Assembly (NCBI GenBank): GCA_038897215.1
Contig: JAWAWX010000001.1
Coordinates: 1,095,525-1,159,524 of the forward strand
From: Acidilobaceae archaeon
Lineage (GTDB): Archaea; Thermoproteota; Thermoprotei_A; Sulfolobales; Acidilobaceae
Length of the DNA stretch: 64,000 nt
Reading direction: 5' to 3'
How positions within the stretch are numbered: the stretch's first letter is position 1; each line of letters starts with the position of its first letter. Below the pieces are notes generated by a model that was given only the letters and a program-made list of their open reading frames with translations, had not been told where the DNA came from and ran no database searches. A program made the position numbers and the translations under genes. Shown here piece after piece: positions 56,542 to 64,000 of this stretch.

Positions 56542-56789
56542 CCAGAATCACTCCTCTCAATCCTGGCGATAAACACCTGAGCAGACCTCTGGACCTCAAG
56601 GACTCTGAAGCGCCTTCTTTTTTTGAGTATGAAGATGAGAGTCTCAAGAGGTAGGTAATCCTCTTCAGCATAGATTTCAAGCACGTCTCCAGGCTCTAGA
56701 GATTCTAGAGACTCCAAGAGTTTGGCTAGCGGAGAGCTATTGCAAGACTTCCATTCATCCTTAACTATAGAGACCCTCAATACCCGCAA
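56538..56789 (-). CDS. TusA/SirA-like sulfur-carrier protein
   Basis: C..SP (variant of CPxP) followed by LESLEPGDVLEIYA; 83 aa. Confidence 0.7.
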   Translation of the reverse strand: MRVLRVSIVKDEWKSCNSSPLAKLLESLESLEPGDVLEIYAEEDYLPLETLIFILKKRRRFRVLEVQRSAQVFIARIERSDSG

Positions 56790-56805
56790 CTGTCATCACC
56801 TATAT

Positions 56806-57641
56806 CTATGAGTCTATCCAGCTGTAGAATACGTCATCATATCTAGGTTTAGTCTTCACGTACCCTCTTCTTTCAGCCCAGTCGGCGATGTTATCGAATA
56901 AGTCTCTAGGAAACACTATTCTCACATAGTCATCTCTAAAGAAGAGACTGAACACCTTTGAGTCGAGAGCTTCAGGCGGTAGTGATGTCTCCTCAAGGAG
57001 AAGCCTCAAGTACTGTTCAGGATTATTCCTTATAGCTTTCAAAGCTTCTCTTATCGCGTAGAGAAAGCTCTTAGCTACCTCTTTCGATAAAATCTCGCTA
57101 GAGAAAAGGTCCATACAACACTCAGTAAACTTCTTAGCTAAAAGCTTACCTCCTCTCTTCAATGCAACTGTAGCCCAAGGCTCTGGGAGGATTGCTACAT
57201 CAACTTCTCCCTCTATCAATAGCCTAAATCTCTCAGGTATGCTCTGTATGTCAACAAACTTAAATGAAGAGACTCCTAGGCCAAGCTCTCTATCTAAAAG
57301 GTCGTGTGCGCTCCACTCCGTAACGGTCCTCATGGAGACAGCTACACTCTTTATATTCTCTAGCATCACTTTAGGGCTTGCTACAAGACTGAACTCTACG
57401 AGATAATGGGTTAACGCTTTAGCTTTAATACCCGAAGAGATAATCACCACAGTCGTCACAGTGTCAGACTCCATAGCGTTCAGCTCGTTTCTAATAAAAG
57501 CAGCATTTTTTCAGCAACAGACCTGAACTTAGCGAGCTCGAATCTCAGCCCATGCTTTTCGAAATATCCTTCTTTATACGCGACGAGTACGGGAAGAGAG
57601 GTTACGACTGGAAGACTGCCATAGACGATACGAGTCTTCAC
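56806..57641 (-). pseudogene. SBP-fold (SsuA/THI5/MqnA-MqnD-like) protein, frameshifted at an A6 run
   Basis: GTG 57641 (SD GAGGGTG) gives KTRIVYGSLPVVTSLPVLVAYKEGYFEKHGL... which stops at 57480. A -1 shift at 57506-57511 joins it to the 222-aa ORF (G.VD.AILPEPW). Confidence 0.75.
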
Positions 57642-57823
57642 GTAATGCACCCTCAGTCCACTATATGTCTATTACTGCTAAAAAGTAGCTTTTATAGTTT
57701 CCATTAAGTTCAACGAACATATTTTATGACTAGATAATTGCGATTTTCATTATTTCATAAATATATTAGTTTGTTAAAGTTTAAAAGCTGGTTGCTTGAG
57801 AGACTATTGCGGTTTACGAAGAG

Positions 57824-58819
57824 GTGAGTGTTAGTTTGGATAGGAGACTTATCGGGGTCGCTTTACTCGCGTTACTTCTCGTAGTTGCTCTAGGCTTCGG
57901 CTACTACCTAGTGTTTCGTGAGAAGCAGGAAGGAGAGACGGGGTCTCAGAGAGAGCTAGAGGTCGCTACAGTCAGAGTCGGCGTCTTGCCAGTCATCGAC
58001 TCTCTCCCCTACCACATAGCTGTAGTAGAGGGTCTCGATAGAGAGCATGGCTTGAGCTTAGAGATCGTGGTATTCCCGTCGGCTAGAGCTAGAGACGACG
58101 CGTTCATAGCGGGAGGTCTCGATGCCATCATGACTGACCTGGTTGGAGCCATGCTGTTGAGAGATAGGGGCGCCAACTTGACTATAGTCCTATCGAAACA
58201 CGCGACATTCTATCTAGTAGTCTCCCCAAAGCTAGCTGAGCAAGTAGGGGGCATGAGGGATCTGCCGAATTACGTGAAGACTATTGCGATATCTTACGGT
58301 ACAGTCATAGACTTCACTCTCCACAAGATGCTAGCAGAGAATAATCTAGACCCCCAATTATTTGAAATCAGAGACATAAGAGTGATAGTCGAGAGATTTA
58401 CGGCAGTACTAGAGGGACGAGTTGACGCAGCCGTCTTACCGGAGCCCTGGGGCCCTCTAGCGCAGACTAGAGGAGCCAGGATAGTGTACTCTATCACAAT
58501 ACCGATAGTAGTCCTAGCCATAGACCCGAGTAGGATAGACGTTTCTACGGCTGAAAGGCTAGCCGTGCTGGTAATCGAGGCTTCGAGACTCTACAGAAGC
58601 GATACCGAGAAGTACAGGTCTATTCTAGAAGACCCAGCTAGGATAGGAGTCCCCCGAGAGTTCGCCGGGTGGTGGGTCCCCAGAGACCTGATCAGCCCTC
58701 GTTACGCGTTCACTGGAGTAGACGGGACCGTCTTCAGCGAAGTCGCTAGATGGGTTTACGATAAGGGTCTCGTTAAGAGGCTCTACAGCGAAGCAGAGCT
58801 GGTTCTGAAGCGGTCGTAA
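57824..58819 (+). CDS. Membrane-anchored ABC substrate-binding protein, SsuA/NMT1-like
   Basis: N-terminal TM, VRVGVLPVIDSLPY.IA..EG, G.VDAAVLPEPW; start may be TTG 57836. Confidence 0.85.
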   Translation: MSVSLDRRLIGVALLALLLVVALGFGYYLVFREKQEGETGSQRELEVATVRVGVLPVIDSLPYHIAVVEGLDREHGLSLEIVVFPSARARDDAFIAGGLDAIMTDLVGAMLLRDRGANLTIVLSKHATFYLVVSPKLAEQVGGMRDLPNYVKTIAISYGTVIDFTLHKMLAENNLDPQLFEIRDIRVIVERFTAVLEGRVDAAVLPEPWGPLAQTRGARIVYSITIPIVVLAIDPSRIDVSTAERLAVLVIEASRLYRSDTEKYRSILEDPARIGVPREFAGWWVPRDLISPRYAFTGVDGTVFSEVARWVYDKGLVKRLYSEAELVLKRS

Positions 58820-58923
58820 GCTCACGCTCTAGTCTCTAGCCGCTCTAGAGGAAGCAGTGCTCTCTTCCCTGCTCAGCTTTAGAGAGTTAGGAGTAGCTCT
58901 CCTATAGAGACCTGGGAGAGCTC

Positions 58924-59601
58924 TTGGACCTCGGAGAAAGGCTCAGACTATTTCTAGCAGAGTACGGCGAGAGAGGCTACGTGGTTCTCAAAGCCGTACT
59001 AGATGAGGCTAAAAGCAACAAGCTTCGAGTACGCTTAGGGGACGTCAGCGCTAAAGGTGTACGAGAGAGACTTAAGCTAGCAGGCATCGAGTACAATCCA
59101 GTGCCTCTTCTCACAAAGCTAGAGAAAGAAGTGGGCTTGCTCGAGACAACATACAAGTCTAGCTCTCAGCACTGGTGGAAAGTCCTAGACTTGAGTCTCT
59201 TAGAGGAGGTTCTCAGAGAGTATAGTGGAGGAGACGAGGAACCTGTAGCAACTAGCACTCTCGACTCTCTAGAAGCCAGAGTCTTCAGGATACAGCTCGA
59301 GGTAATAGGTCTTCGAGACATAGCTAGGAGAGTCTCGGTGATCGCGGGCAAGGGGAGACTGGGTCCTAGCGACTGGGCTACGATAAGGAAGACTGTGCTC
59401 GAAGACGTGCCTCTACTCGTTCGAATCAAGAAAGACATAGAGACCTCAGGTCTAGCAGAGGAGTTCAGAGAAGAACTAGAGCTGATAGAAAGCGTGATCG
59501 CTACAATCGAGTCGATAATCAGCAAAGGGAGGCAGCAGGAAACAAGAAGCCTCAGCTACAACATCGCATATCTTCGCGGCTCTCTCAAAGAGCAAGAGTA
59601 G
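58924..59601 (+). CDS. Hypothetical protein, possible N-terminal winged helix
   Basis: 225-aa ORF, LGD...YNP..LL..LEKE.GL.ETTYKS..QHWW. Confidence 0.75.
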   Translation: MDLGERLRLFLAEYGERGYVVLKAVLDEAKSNKLRVRLGDVSAKGVRERLKLAGIEYNPVPLLTKLEKEVGLLETTYKSSSQHWWKVLDLSLLEEVLREYSGGDEEPVATSTLDSLEARVFRIQLEVIGLRDIARRVSVIAGKGRLGPSDWATIRKTVLEDVPLLVRIKKDIETSGLAEEFREELELIESVIATIESIISKGRQQETRSLSYNIAYLRGSLKEQE

Positions 59602-59690
59602 ACAGCTTCTCGAGCAGAGCTTTCCAGCAACCAGACTCCACTCTTCACCAACAACCAATAAATCCTCTCAAGAACCTGGACTAACGTGGA

Positions 59691-59776
59691 GCCCGCGGCT
59701 TCCCGGCGGCGGCGCTAGGGGTACGCGGGGCAGAGCCCCGTGGATGAACCAATGGCCTCCAGCCGCGGGCACATCT
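59691..59776 (+). ncRNA. Single-hairpin box H/ACA guide sRNA for a 16S pseudouridine
   Basis: Lower stem GCCCGCGGCT/AGCCGCGGGC followed by ACA at 59771-73, apical K-turn-like GATGA, and pocket strands complementary to 16S around U60997. Confidence 0.85.
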
Positions 59777-59857
59777 TCCGCCACGAGTGCCTACTCGAGA
59801 AGCCCTGAGCCAGGCTCGAGCTACGGGACCCACTTGAGAACCAGTGTGAGACCGGCT

Positions 59858-59872
59858 GTGAAACTATATAAA
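59858..59872 (+). promoter_or_regulatory. rRNA operon promoter (BRE + TATA)
   Basis: GTGAAAC-TATATAAA about 190 nt upstream of the 16S. Confidence 0.75.
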
Positions 59873-60000
59873 GCCCCTCTAGAAGATAAGAGGAGGTGGT
59901 CTTCCCCCTCCCCCAATGGGGAGGGCTCAAGCTTAGGATGAGGGCTCGAGCAACCCCGGGACTCTATCCCGGGACAGCTCGAGCTTGAGTACAGGCGGCT

Positions 60001-60038
60001 CCCAGGCCCGGAGGCTGGTGTATAGGCGGCTAGAGCCG
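60001..60038 (+). other. 5' arm of 16S processing stem with bulge-helix-bulge (partner 61568-61605)
   Basis: CCCAGGCCCGGAGGCTG-GTGT-ATA-GGCGGCTAGAGCCG pairs with CGGCTCTAGCCGCC-GCGC-TAT-CAGCCTCCGGGCCTGGG, giving a 4-bp helix flanked by two 3-nt bulges. Confidence 0.88.
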
Positions 60039-60062
60039 CTTCGGCACGGCCCTTGCGGCCGT

Positions 60063-61561
<1,499 letters not shown>

Positions 61562-61780
61562 AGTCGCCGGCTCTAGCCGCCGCGCTATCAGCCTCCGGGC
61601 CTGGGGGCTGTCTCCTCCTCAATGCAGCCTAGGAGGCTTAGAGCCTCCTAGGCGAAGGGCGCGAGAGTGCTCGAGCTTAGTCTCGATGAGCGCCGCTCCA
61701 AGCCCGGGAGGCGCGCTCAAAACACGCGGAGCACGCGGCTCCGGGCCTCACGGAGCCCCGCTCTGGGCGGGCCTGCAACA

Positions 61781-64000
<2,220 letters not shown>

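Noticed and set aside
20908-57812. 13-nt repeat GAGACTATTGCGG at about 20908 and about 57800
   Set aside because: Many repeated 13-mers are expected by chance in 64 kb, and only two copies were seen.
486-59658. Numerous 60-170 aa Ser/Leu-rich ORFs antisense to or nested in recognisable genes
   Set aside because: They have no motifs and are explained as shadows of the codon bias on the coding strand.

Overview
A gene-dense segment of a hyperthermophilic crenarchaeal chromosome, Desulfurococcales/Acidilobales-like by inference. The basis is the very GC-rich archaeal 16S-23S operon with no spacer tRNA, a TFE-beta homologue, a splicing endonuclease with the crenarchaeal loop and an Aeropyrum-type O-phosphoserine sulfhydrylase. 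It holds about 68 CDS, three intron-less tRNAs (Ser-CGA, Asn-GTT, Leu-TAA), a complete 16S and the 5' part of the 23S rRNA, a class II ribonucleotide reductase, a 12-gene Mrp-linked group 4 [NiFe]-hydrogenase operon, CoA, lipid and C1 genes, and an upper-mevalonate operon. No CRISPR, integrase, transposase, intein or rRNA intron was seen. Main points for follow-up: (1) In the mevalonate operon HMG-CoA synthase is intact, but the thiolase has no cysteine at all and the HMG-CoA reductase lacks its catalytic motifs while keeping an open frame. (2) There are three guide sRNAs not shown in the ORF track. The targets of two are visible in this window's rRNA; the third appears to target tRNA wobble position 34 and lies upstream of a tRNA thiolase. 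(3) A peroxiredoxin lacking the peroxidatic Cys is coupled to cysteine synthase, near a TusA/MenA/SBP-fold operon. (4) nrdJ has a long structured leader. (5) Two genes probably start at ATA or ATC. All family assignments are by motif recognition without database searches.
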